From: Obrimoposthia wandeli | Lineage: Eukaryota | NCBI GenBank assembly: GCA_977020255.1 | Contig: CDROCS010001514.1 | Location: 434,001-498,000, forward strand | DNA: 64,000 nucleotides | Reading direction: 5' to 3' | Shown here: positions 34,001 to 47,200 of the stretch, one piece after another | How positions within the stretch are numbered: the first letter of the stretch is position 1 | How the letters are laid out: every line of letters starts with the position of its first letter | Notes under the pieces: model-generated | What the model saw: only the letters and a program-made list of their open reading frames with translations | Databases searched by the model: none | What the model was told of the DNA's origin: nothing | Position numbers and translations under genes: made by a program

Positions 34001-35456
34001 GAGACTGTTTTTAAGTTTTATAATGAATTGCCAAAAGTGGACAAGATCACAAAGTGAAGTTTTTTAGGCTTGTTGTCGCAAGTGTTCAACCCAATACGTT
34101 TATTAGACCCGTAATCATGAGAGAGAAAATGTATTATGTAAGAATTGAGTAAGAATTATGTAAGATTTGGTTGGGATTAGGAAGTTCAGACAGACATTGA
34201 GCGACAAGCGAGACTGGATCACAGATTGTAAATGTTAGAGAATGAGTTTTTCACAATGTTTAATGCTAAAATAGACACATACGTTCAAGTGCACATTTTT
34301 ACAGATAACTTAAAATATGATTCGGATCAGTTGCGTGGATTCGTTCCGAAATTGTTGTCAAGTTCATGATTATTCCTAAACTGGAATTGATGGCGGTAAG
34401 GGAGAGAGTGAAATGGCAAAACGAATAGCAGCAGCCTTAGAAATAAATGTAATTGAAATTTGATCTTACCGTTTTTGGCAAACATAGTTTAACTTATCTA
34501 GACGGAGAATTAAGTAGATATATGTTCGACCAAAAAATCCTGATGTTATTTTATCAAGAATCATTTGCAAAAAGCATGTTATGGTGGAGTGGATACAGTT
34601 TTTGATTGATAATAAAAAATGTGGCAAGTTTCCTAGCTTCAAAAAAAGGAGAAAGATGATAAATCCATTGAACGACGTAGTGTTGATTTGACATTAAACC
34701 CGGTGCTGGATAAAGACATGTTGAGATATAATTCCAGGATAATAAATGCAGAATGTTTGAGCTACGCTGTTTGCTATCTTATAATTTTGTCAGAAAGTTG
34801 CAGTTTAACATATTTTTAGTGAATTATGTTCACAAAAATATAAGTATTGTGGTGGCCCACAACATGTTCTAAACGAGATCCAGTCGTGTTATTGAATTTC
34901 AAAGGTCCAAAGATTAATTGTAGAGGTAGGAAATAAGTGAGAGATACTAAAGAGTTACAGCGAAGGGAATGCCGAGATTCCACTTTCAAGAGCCTCTTCA
35001 ACCGTTTGCTAGAGTAGATAACTAAAATGAACGAGGAAAGTGACCTCTCGGAAGAATCAAGTGACTTAGTAAACGAAGCGATGGCGGTAAACGTGTAGCA
35101 ACTGTCTTGTTGGGTGGAAAGTCCGTCACGATGTCCTTACATCATTTATGTCGAGTTGTTTAGTGTCCAACTGGAGATCAAGGGTCAGGTCACACATGTG
35201 GAAGTTTTCTAGGGCATCGCATCGGATGAGTCGTGAAGCTGGGCGTCCGTGCAGAGCTTGGGTCATCATTTCCTCCAAACATATGACTCGTGTTAAGCGA
35301 ATTTTTGGCTTTGGTTGGGTTTGTCGTTTATGGCCGAGATTAGGATTCATGTCAGCGTTGCTGACCCAGGTGAACCAAGAAAGGTGTATGGAGAAACGAG
35401 GAGTATGTGTTTTGTTTGTAAAAATTTGAATTGTATGTAGTTTTGTATTTATTACA
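31009..35456 (+). mobile_element. Decayed BEL/Pao LTR retrotransposon
   Basis: TG...CA LTR-like 31009-31440 then PBS TGGTGGCTCC (31444-31453); RT INDHIKKGYVE...TTKVRIVF...GP; WMTN...KIL..SW...TK...FNP (Pao RNase H region); IPKLELMA; purine-rich tract then TG at 35094. Confidence 0.8.
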
Positions 35457-38189
35457 ATAATAATTATTAAAAATGCTATTTATTTATTCGTTTTTTGCAC
35501 GATGAAACAGTCGGATTGATCATTGCAAAGTAAGAATTGTAATTAAAAAAAGTTATTGATTTTAAATTAAAAAATAAATAAAATTATTTCAGATCTTTAA
35601 TATTTTTTTTATATCTGCAATACCCACACCAAAGCATTTTAAGAAAATAATATAATAACCTTGCTAGTATACTAAAAAAACAAATTTTTATTGGGCATCG
35701 GAATCCCTTAAACGATTTGATAAATAAACAAAGGTATATGTTAAGTTTCAGAGCCTAATCAGCAATTTGATTACAACAGTAATACATACTTTTCTTTCGA
35801 GATATCGTTCAGATTAGGATCTACATGTAACTTCATTTTTATTGTAAATATTGAAGACTAAATATTTATGGTTACAAACACAGAAAATTACTAGGTATAT
35901 TAAAAACTCATCGATATTACTAATTCAATTTATGTTAAAATACAAAGACACCTATCCTATTCTCGTGATGACGTGATTTTATCAAAATTAGTTTTACATG
36001 TAGTGAACATTTAATTAACAAGCAAACAATGTTTTAAAGTTTCTTTTAAATTTAACGTTTTTGAAATGCAATTAGAATTTTATTGAAATATTATTTCGAA
36101 ATTACTAGTTATTTTATTTATAAAATTATCTTTATTTTGAGCTTCAAATAGCAGTATAACTTACAAAAATAAAGTGTTTTGATATTATTTAGAATAATAT
36201 ACTTTACAATTTACATTACATAAATATTTTTACAGAATATTGTTTTTATATAGATAAAATATATTGATCAATTTATTAAAATTCTTCATTTCATTTTAAA
36301 GTAATTTTTAATTAATTTAATTACTTTTTAAAACCAAAAATTTTGATGACTAAATTCCTAGATTTGTATATCATTTGTATATCATTTAAGATTTAATATT
36401 ATTGATAGTAACTCTAATTTATTTATATTTTGGATAATATATAAATAGTCAAAACCTAATAATACAAAACATCTGTTTAACCTTTCTTCAAAAAAGCAGC
36501 AAAGCAAATAAAGTTTTCTGAGAAACTTATGTACTAGTATTTTTATAAGGAAAACGAATAATATCTCTAATCATGTCAAATTTCTTAGCAAATCTGTCGG
36601 TAATTGATGAATTAAATGGCTGAAAAGTAAGACTTTTAAATGTAATTATTTGATCGTAATCTATAGTAATATTTATCCTCAACTATTTGTTTAATTGTCA
36701 GATAGGTAATAAATGAGTTTCCAGTATTTTCTGAGATTATTTATGACACTTCTAATTGTGATTGAATTAACTTGAATATTTAAACTAATAGTAAAATTTA
36801 GAATTAATATGTATGATTATTGAAGTAATGCATATCAAAGTTGAAACCAAATAGAAATATATCGAATAACGTGTGACTGGTCGACAAATATCGAAAATTA
36901 CAAAAGCAATAAATATTATTCATAACAAATATACTAATTTTATTTAATTAATATAGGTATAACTTAATATTTAGAAAAAATTAACTTTTTTCATCGCTTT
37001 TATAAAAGCTTTCATTTTATATATAATTAGCAATCTAATTTTATAAAATTACAATTTGTAATAAATTTTATAGATTTGATGTATTAAATAAGGACCTTGA
37101 TATTATAATCAATTATTTTTATTGTAGTGGCTAATATTTAACATTGGAATAAATTTAGACAAATTAAGACAGCAAATTAAAAAGTGATAATCGTAACTTT
37201 TAAAAATGTAGCTTCATAAATGTTTCATGGCGCATTACATAAATCGAAAAGTAGCCGCTGTTTCAGAGATAACTGTAATCAAGACTGAAACTATTTATAA
37301 ATGGCAAATAAAGGCTGAATTTGTGACAAATGTATGCTGAACATGTATCGATCAAATTCACGTATATCTAACCTTCGCTGGACTTGTCAACTTTGGGTGA
37401 TTCTGTACATATCAAATTTTTGTATAATTACTATGCTTACTAAATTCAATAAAAGTGAGAAATTGAAGTTTCAGAAATAATTAAGCAGCGAAGATTTTAA
37501 AAGTTTCCCTTTTACCTAATTATGATTTTTCTTAAAAATGTAATTAATTTTTTATATAATACTTTAATTGTGTATTTTTCTTTCTGATACAGGTAAAATA
37601 ATCTTTTAGATACTTTTATAAATAATTAAAAACTAATAAAAATCAAATAAAAGTTTTGTAAAAAAAAGCTACATTAAATTAAAAGCAGAATAATATTGAT
37701 AAGAAAGCAGCTGCCTAATAAAATTAAGCGAATTTAGAATAAATGTTTGACATCGAATTTTGTTTGATAATGTGTTAAATCCGTTGTATCTTGTTTTCAA
37801 GCTTTTATCTACAAGTGAAATCTAAATTAGTATAAAAACCTTTCCAACAGTAATCATTAATTTCAAAATTAAAAATTGCTATAGTTAATTGAATATTAAT
37901 TCAAATAATTTCCTAGAAAAATTGTAGTTTACAAAGTCATTAAATCGCTAATTTATATCACACATGAAATAGAAAAACTTGTATGATTTCTTTATTCAAA
38001 AGAAATCACTGACAAAAATTGAATTAAACGTAGAAAAACTATTTATTTAACGAAAAAACAAAGTAGAAAAATAAAATCCAGATAAAACACACAAATAGAT
38101 CCACAAAATATACACTAAACATATTTTACATGTAAAAATATACAAATATATTTGGATAAATTTATACATATATACGGCGGTCGAGTGGT

Positions 38190-38280
38190 CTACATATTAT
38201 AATATCCTCCCCGAGCTCTGTTATTCGATAAGTAATTTAAAGCATTACCTCTATGAACCGGAGCTTTGTTGATACTGTTT
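38190..38280 (-). CDS. prom: Prominin exon 19 (last, stop TAG)
   Basis: TTTTCTTTTTCCAG acceptor; ...GGYYNM*. Confidence 0.72.
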
Positions 38281-41200
38281 CTGGAAAAAGAAAATAAGCT
38301 AGTTATGAAAAATATATATGGTTTAACTACTTTTAACTGTGAGTAAAAGTTATTTGAATAAAATACTGTTTGTTTTTTATTTTAAAATTCATAATTATTT
38401 TTCTAATTTTTGTTGTTGACAATTTTGTTGTTGAAATTTTTATTGAGACTACATTTAAATTTACAGAGATACTTAAAAAATAAATGTCGAAAATAATTCA
38501 ACGAAAATTGGATAAAAAACTCACGTTCCATCAGCCCGTGCATAGAATCCAATGTAGTTGTCATAATCTCTAGAAATAAAAACATACAAATGTTTGATGC
38601 GCCGAGTTTATATATGTAACTTTATATAAAACAATTTAATATTTCGTTACAAATATCCAAATATTTTTTTATAATTTTGCATCAATTTTGACTTCAAGAA
38701 CATGTGGAAATTCAACGCTTCACTTCCTAAATTATTATGTCAAAATTGACATTCTAACATGTATATCACAAACTATGTCTTTGGTAAATCACAATAGCAG
38801 TTTTATTAACTTTCAAATATACTCATTCAATTGACACCGTTTAGTTGGATTCAATTTCTAATTACATTGAACCGATATAATAGAATTAATTGTATGTCAA
38901 ATCCAATTGAGTGTGAGTCTGTCTACAAAACGGTTCTTCATTAAACAGACAATATATAGCCTAAAATTGCAGAAAATATTTAAACATTATTGCACAAGAT
39001 CACTATTTTAGGATGTTGCGAATTGCTACTATCAACATATTTAATGTCATTCTCATTTACGCCAGAACTGATGAGGAGTTGTTATACCCAAAACAAATTT
39101 ACAATATTTTTTTAATGACGTATTTCTTAAATTTGGCAAACTGGAATAAATTTCATTAAAATCAATTTACATTTTTTGGAAATGACTTTAAATATTTAGA
39201 TTACAATTTAAATAACGAAATATAAAAAACGGACTTTTATGACAGTTTACTTCAGAACATACACATTAATTAATAAATAAATGGGCAAAGTTATGGTATC
39301 ACTGTAGTCAAGCGAATGCTTAGCATAATGGCAGCTCGCCAAATTAACCCAAAATATGTAGTTATCACTATTAACTTTCTTTAGATGCAATTATCGATGT
39401 ATTAATTCATTTCTTACATTGATTTTCAAAAATGATAATTTTTTGATATCGTGATCCACATCCACGAAGAAATAAGAGCATTAATCTTTTCCAGAAATTG
39501 ATATATGAGCATGCTTTATAATTCAGAATAATTTTAGGAAGACTTGGTCTCCGAAGCCATCATTTCAGTTGTTTAAGTCTTTAATTAACTTGAGTATTTG
39601 CTTGACTATCACTCACAAGCGGAACTGTCACCAATGCCATTTTCCTTTAATACAGAGTTTACAATAGGTTGAAGTCCATACTTTCTTCCCAATGCTATTT
39701 GAGACAAACCCTTGTTAATTACATCACTACCATATCATTTTACATAGCTTGTTGCTTTCGTTGGGGTACGACATGGACATTTGGCATGATCCCATCTCTT
39801 GAACCCTTTAACATCATATATCGTTGATTTGACATACCTGGTTCATTGAAGTCGCTATAGACATTGGCAGTTGTTTTTGATTATCAAAATATTGCGTCAC
39901 ACAATATCCGTCATTTTTTAGAAAAATTCTTTTTGACCAAAAAGTTAATATAAAAATCAATTACCATGTGACTATAAAACCATATCACGAAATCAATTTA
40001 AAAAATAGTATTTTAAGCAGAATCATTATATAATCATTCGTTTAAATTATTTTTAAAGTTCAAAACCTTTGAAAAAATATTCAAAAACTAACGGTTCCGG
40101 CTTGTCAGGATAGTAGGCCTGCACTCTGCGATAGAGGCTGATGAGCAGCCCAGCAAAAATGATAGCGGGAACAAGCAGCAACACAAAGATGCCCAGACCG
40201 AACCACACACCATTCTGGACGACGAGATGAGTTTTATCAATTCAACTAGAATTAAGAAAATTCAAGCCATATTGGAGTAAATTATGCTACTATTGAAAAA
40301 TATGGTGGATGGCAGAAACAGTTCGGACATGCAAATCGATCATCAGTCGTACATTAGGTATCGAATCATCTAAAAGCTGATTATCTCAAGTTTGAGAATA
40401 ATTTCAGGACAAATAAAACTCATTATACTTTAACTAAGGTTTATAGAAATTTTAAATTACTTTTATTTTTCCTTTACTTGGAAATTTATTCATTCATGAA
40501 CATTTAGAATGAACTTGCTACAATGAACAAAAAATAATACTTACATTTTTAAGATAATACAAAAGTAAAGTAGATGAATTAAACATTTTACATATTTGGT
40601 CATGAGTAAAATTATTAATGATTTATTAAATTAAGACATGTAATAACTAAGTTAATTATTTAAGTAACAATTTGCATTAATATATTTTAATTATTGATCC
40701 AGATTAATGATATAAAATTCATGAAGGAAACATGTTACATAATTGATTTTATCTTATTTCTAACAATGTATATAGTAGTTCTGGATAAATCTATTTTAGA
40801 CGGAATGTTTCACAGGAAAATTAGTTTCTGATTAAATAAAGCACCTTATTTGTCCTGAAATAGATTAAGTAAAACAGTAACGGAAATTTCCAATTTAGTA
40901 AACCCACAATTGAAAAAATTAAATCAAAAGTAATTCCAGGTAAAAAAAATATCAAAAATCTTCTTGGTAAAATTAAAAAAAGTTTCAGAAAGATAAAAAA
41001 TACAAGCAAAAAGAAACAGCATCAAAAATTAAAAAAATAATATTTCAGAAAAATGTATCACTTAGAGAGAGTGCTTAATGAAAGTAAGTCTTTTGTATTT
41101 CGCAATATACAAAAGAAAATTAAATCGACAGAAAATCTTAAGCTATGATGAATTTAGATATTTAACATGTTTATGATGGACCTGAATTTGTCACAAAATA

Positions 41201-44200
41201 AAAACTGACGAATAAAATAGAAGAACAAGTCAAAATCTTGAACAATCAAAAATCTGATGTTATATGAAATATTTTTCAAAATTTAGATAAAAAAGTACTT
41301 ACATGTCATTAAAAAGAGTGTTTCTAAATATTATTAATTTAGGTTTCAGTAAAAAAAAATCTGAATTGTAAAAAAGTAAATGTTTAATTCGCATGTTTAT
41401 TACGTATTAAAAACATTAAATTTATTGTTATTTATAACTACGAAAATAAGTAAAATTAATAAAACAATGAAACTTAAAAAAACTTGCTAAAGATTTCGTT
41501 ACATCGTTTCAAAAAAACCCTATTATTTTACGAATGTAAATTGTTTTACTCGTGGATCATATTTTAATAATTAAAATTCCCATGAAAACTAAAATAAGTC
41601 CTTGTAAAAAGTGTTAAATCATAGATTGGTTGAATATTTATTCCAGATTAATTTTTGGCATATATATTCAATAAAAACAGTTAATTAATAAATTTAACCC
41701 TAATTTCAAGTTTGCAAATCAAAAATTTCACACTGAACTATTTTTGATGAAAAATAAAGATCACATTATTGTACAGAACATTAAGAATCTGTAGTTATTC
41801 AACTAATTTCAATGCTGAAATACGAAAATATTATGGTATAGAAATAAATCAAACAAATTTTTGTTTGGGGAATTACTGAAATATACAAAATGATTCACAT
41901 ACATACTTCCAAAAAGTTGTTTATCGCTAATCTTTGTCACTGAGATCAAACAAGACAAAGTTCATCGATACAATTCCAGACAGAGAGTCGATTAGTCACA
42001 AAGGATATATCTAAGAATGTTTTCTAGGAGATAATTTGACTTCCAACTAATCAATGAATTGACAATTAAAAATAGTTTTTTTTAATAATTATTTATGATT
42101 GACTGTTCTTGGTACTTTACAATCTTACAAATCTACTAAATATATAGAAGCCCAGATTTAAAAAATTGTAACCTTTATCTAAAAATTATATTTAGAGATT
42201 TTATTATTTAATGAAGATTTTTTTAAACTTATATGACCGTAACAAAGGAAAACTTAAATTTAAGTCTATAACTCAGTTTTATAAAAATTATTTTTCATAA
42301 GAAATTAGAGGATCTTTTGAGATGTTAATATGAGTCTTATAATTATACGTTATCATTAAATTCCGGCAATATGCATGTATTTATAAATATATTGTATTTT
42401 GTATAAACAACCGTAATGATTTAAAAGTATTAAGTACATTCAAATTAGAAGAAAAACATAATTTTTCATATTTAGTGACTTTTTCAATTTTTACAAGTTT
42501 TTATTAAAATTAAGTAGACATTTTACCTTCAATTTTTAAAATGCATTTTACATGAATCATTCACAGATAATTTTCAACCCTTAAAACACAACAAGGAAAG
42601 CATCTTTGTTTCAACACCGTAGTTTTCATGAAATACATATGTTTATTTATTCTTTTATCAAGCCATGGAGAAGCATGGAAAGTTTTACTTGTACCATGTA
42701 GACTACTTTTCAGGACATGAAGATAAATGAAAACTAACAGTTATAACGACACTTCATTAAATATACAAATCAAACAGTGGATAAAACTTATAATGCTCAA
42801 AACACTCAAAATTGAAAATCTCGAAAACGTTGTTTTAATCTTTTGACCATTTTGTATTTTAATGAACATTGTAATCGATTTTTTCACATTACTGTGACAA
42901 CTTTATCTTTAATTTAATCTGAAAGACGTATGTTTGTATCGTTTTCAGTAGGATTTCGGAAATGTAGATAGAAATCAATTATCCAATTTTTGATCGTTCA
43001 GTTTGGTAGAACTTCCTTCTTCATTATAACGTAGTCTAGCTTCATTAGCTACATTACAATTGAACTTGATACACTTTTTTGTGATTTCTTTATTATAGTA
43101 TACTTTGTAATTCATGATAAAATTTGAAATCTCACTTGGTGTCACACACTTACTAATATATTGAAACAAAACAAATTGTCAAATAACTGAACACCTTGGA
43201 CTCATTTAAATTGCCTATGTTTGTGAGTCTGTCCGATTTCTAAATATAAGACAAAATACAACTTACCAAGAAGTTAACACCATTTTTGCATACGACATCA
43301 AATACGACCAGAACTGACAGACGCAATTTAGATGAACGGACATTGTAGAACATGCGGTTCAGGACAGCAGTAACTACTTCGAAAAGACTTTGTTCCACTT
43401 GATCGAGAAGATTAACCGATTCCTGTAACAAATTCGCATATTGAAGTCATATTATTTATCTGAATAAACTTTGTTTAAAGTGTTTAGATAACTAAATTGT
43501 TTAACAATTTAGACATATTTACAATTAGATTTAAAATTGAGATATTTTTTCTCTCGAATTTGTATAGCTCACTCTGTTCACGAATTTGATCATTGTATGA
43601 TTGAAAATCTCGCCCGATTTGTGCCACTTTTTGAAGTGATCCTTGGCAGAGATGAGATCATTATATACGCGCTGAAGTTGAGTTTGTAGATCGCTTATTG
43701 CATTTTTGATATCGGACATCTCCTTACTCTCCGTGTTAAGGCTAGACTGCAATTGCAAATTCTTGTAAGATACATTACTTACAAGTATCAGTAGTCAATC
43801 AATATTTATTACTAAATAGAATTTACGATAGCGATTCATTCAGTTCATTTATAACCTGGATTTTATTATTTCTTTGTTATTATGATGAACCATATTATTC
43901 AAAAATGTATAAAAAGTTGACAGCATTAGAATATAATAATCGATTTTTTTTTAAAACTATCAGTTAAACAATTTTAAAAAACTCTATAAAGCTTTGAACT
44001 GACTATAATCTTATTCAAATACTTTTGTTACACATTTAAAAAGGTTATTAGTACCGATAACTTTTTTAAATCGGTATATAGACACTGACATCAATGCCGA
44101 ATCCATGACATCGGTATTCACAGAAAACATAAAAATGGCTTAAACATTTTTTATCGTTTTCTATTGTTAAAACCGGTATGTCGATAATGAATTATCTCCG

Positions 44201-47200
44201 GTAATACTAGTATTAGAAACACAAATATGTAATACTGAATAAAAAACAGAATCTGTTAAAATATTTAAGTCAAATATAAAAAATAGTTCTTAAAAAGAAG
44301 TAAAAACTGAAAACTTACGCGAGATTTAAGAAGGATCTGGTAGCTGCTAAATTCAGATGTCGACATATGCATTGACAGCAATGAATACTGAAAAAAATAA
44401 TAAAAATCAAAATTATATATCGATTCTATTATACTTTATAAAATTAAACTAATAAATCGAAATGAAAATAGTTAATATGAAAACTATCATTCCAGTTAAA
44501 AGCTACAAAAATTAGGGCTCAATTACAAACCTAACTAAAAACATTTTCGTATTTTTTAACAGAAAATTAGCATTGGCGTAGATCATATTTGTCGGTTTGT
44601 GCTAAATGATTACCAGATTGCCACAACAGAATGGTGATCTTCTAGCTGTACCAAAGGAATTTCTGAGAGCCGAAAAACCCAAATACCCACTATGTTCTAC
44701 ACAAATTCTCAGTGATATCAATATCGTGTTTACACAACCAAATTCCATATGCAGATAAATATTCAGCAAGAAAATATCATTATTCAGACACAATTTACAG
44801 TTTCAAGTGCAATTAGACTGATTTTTAATTCGTGATATCTTTAAAAATGTTATAGTATGAAAATCATAATATTCAAACATAAGACTATATTTATGAATTA
44901 GATTGCAGTAGATAATATTGATAACCAATATAGTACATAATTAGTTTGTACTTTTAATTAACTGCTAATTAACCAATATTTGAATTTCTACATCATTAGC
45001 TGTTTTGTCTATTTGCAATTAATTTAAAATATTTTACAATTCTGATTTTACTCCATATCTATAAAAGTTAAAACCCCTTAAAATTGGATTAAATAAACCT
45101 AGAAAAAACATATCAGAATTCAAAAGCTCATATTTGAAAATCCCAAATGCTTGAATAAGCATTAAGCAGGGTATTAAAACTCATATTTATCGGTTGGTAT
45201 GTGTTGTAAAATCAAAATTTATGTAATACAGTAGAACCACTTTATTACGACTCCCTTCATATTAATTTTTCAACGGACCGAATTTGCGTTGAGTTAAATT
45301 GTTGTTTATTTTCTGTATTAAATGAAATAATTAATTTCTACCTAAACAGTCTTTTTCGTTTTTTCGTTAAAATAAAGGATATTAATAATAGATTAATAGA
45401 TTAATAATAGTCAATTGATATGTTAGAAGCAGTTAAAGGATAAATTCATCGTGGAATCGAGTACAGAAATCAACAATTTCAATTTTTGTCTCGAGAAATA
45501 TGGCTACAAATAAGCTTTAAAAAGTGGATTTGACCGAATTTGTTGATAGAGAACCACAGTTTAAAAAGGTCATAGGTGATATGACATGGAACGAATACAT
45601 ATAATGATTATGACAGATGGATATTTAGTTAAAGTAATTGATAATACTTAATATGATAATGATTGACCATAATACTACATTCATGATTAAAATGATTTAA
45701 ATTTCGGATTAAAAATGAATAATTTAAATTTTACTGAAACAAGTATGTAGATAAAAAAATGATGTTCAATCATATCAGATAAAAAGTTAAACTAAAGAAA
45801 CAAATATAAGTAATTACTTTATATAACTCCAATTCTGTATTTTGTTCTGATTCTCTACATTTTTAATGTTTGTGTAATGGCTCAGTAGCGATTAATTATC
45901 CAAAAAGAAGAGGTGAAATAAGTAATTTTGATAAAAATTTAATACAAAACAGTGGCAGTCATAAAAAATCAGCACCACTTACCACAGCAATTGGATCCAA
46001 TATCGGAGCATTCTTGAAGGGGTCTGTGTGGAGATACTCGGTAACATTCAAGCGTGACGTAACAAGGTCCACCAACTCTTTGTTGATCTCCTCGAAATTT
46101 GGTTTTAAAGCCTGTAAAAGAAGGAATGGATTAAACAAAATTGTAGCATTGGATTGCAAATTCGATAGTTCCCTGGTTTTTAATTGAGAAAAGACAATGA
46201 GATTAAATTTAGTGTGGGGCATCAAAAATCATCTCATAAAATCAAAATTATGTTTTTAACATATATAATAAAACATTTACATCTATAATGGAGCACAAAA
46301 AACTTAGTTATGTTTTATGACCACAAATAGTGATTTTATATAGTCTCTAGCCTGAATTCAAAAAATGTAACTCATTTTTTGTATCACATCATTTTTATAA
46401 ATCGTCAACACAAAATTAGACTAGTATTATTAAATATGCATAAATTGGTATAGTTAAAATGATTTATTTTCAGTCTATTGATTCCTTTTCTCGTCACAAA
46501 TGTATATTTCAAACCCGTTTCATTGAGAATTATAAGTTCTCCTTAATATTTTCATGACAAAATTAACTGCACAAAAGTCCATCTTAGGGCTGCAATCGGC
46601 ATCAATATAAGGTGACTAACTGCACCCTTCTCCTAAACATATCCAACTGTGTTTAAAAAATCTAAGTGTGCTAGCAAAAATAAAGGTAGTTTTGAAATTA
46701 GCCCTAAAAATGATTATAGAAAATTAAAAATAAATCAAATCAAATATGTACATTTTCACGTACGAAGTGCGTTCAATAAGTACCTAATTTAATTTAACTT
46801 AAAAATAAGAATGGAAACTGTTTTTTATTTCACATCATATAACATTAAAATAACAATAAAAATGCTATATTTAATGTAGCACTAATATATAATAAATCTA
46901 ATATTTATTATTCAAGATCGTTTATTTTTTTAAAATCAGTTAATCTCCTGTGTCAAACTGAATATTTCTTAAGTACTTTTTAGATGTTTTAACATATGAT
47001 AGATTCTCTGGTGCAAGAAGGATGATTGAGCCACGATAACAATTTTGTGTTGTGTGAGGCTTTTAATGTGTATTGTTACATTATCCTCGAATAGCCACTA
47101 GGGAATACTTCTTGCTTTGTGTAGAAGTTGTCAAGTGACCTTCAAAAATGTATCAGATTATTTTGCGTTTCTTTTGACAATTATGATTAACTTTTCGTCT

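Noticed and set aside
39060-39100. Hammerhead-ribozyme-like CTGATGAG...AAAC
   Set aside because: Stem II is imperfect, GAAA is absent, and no stems I/III were found
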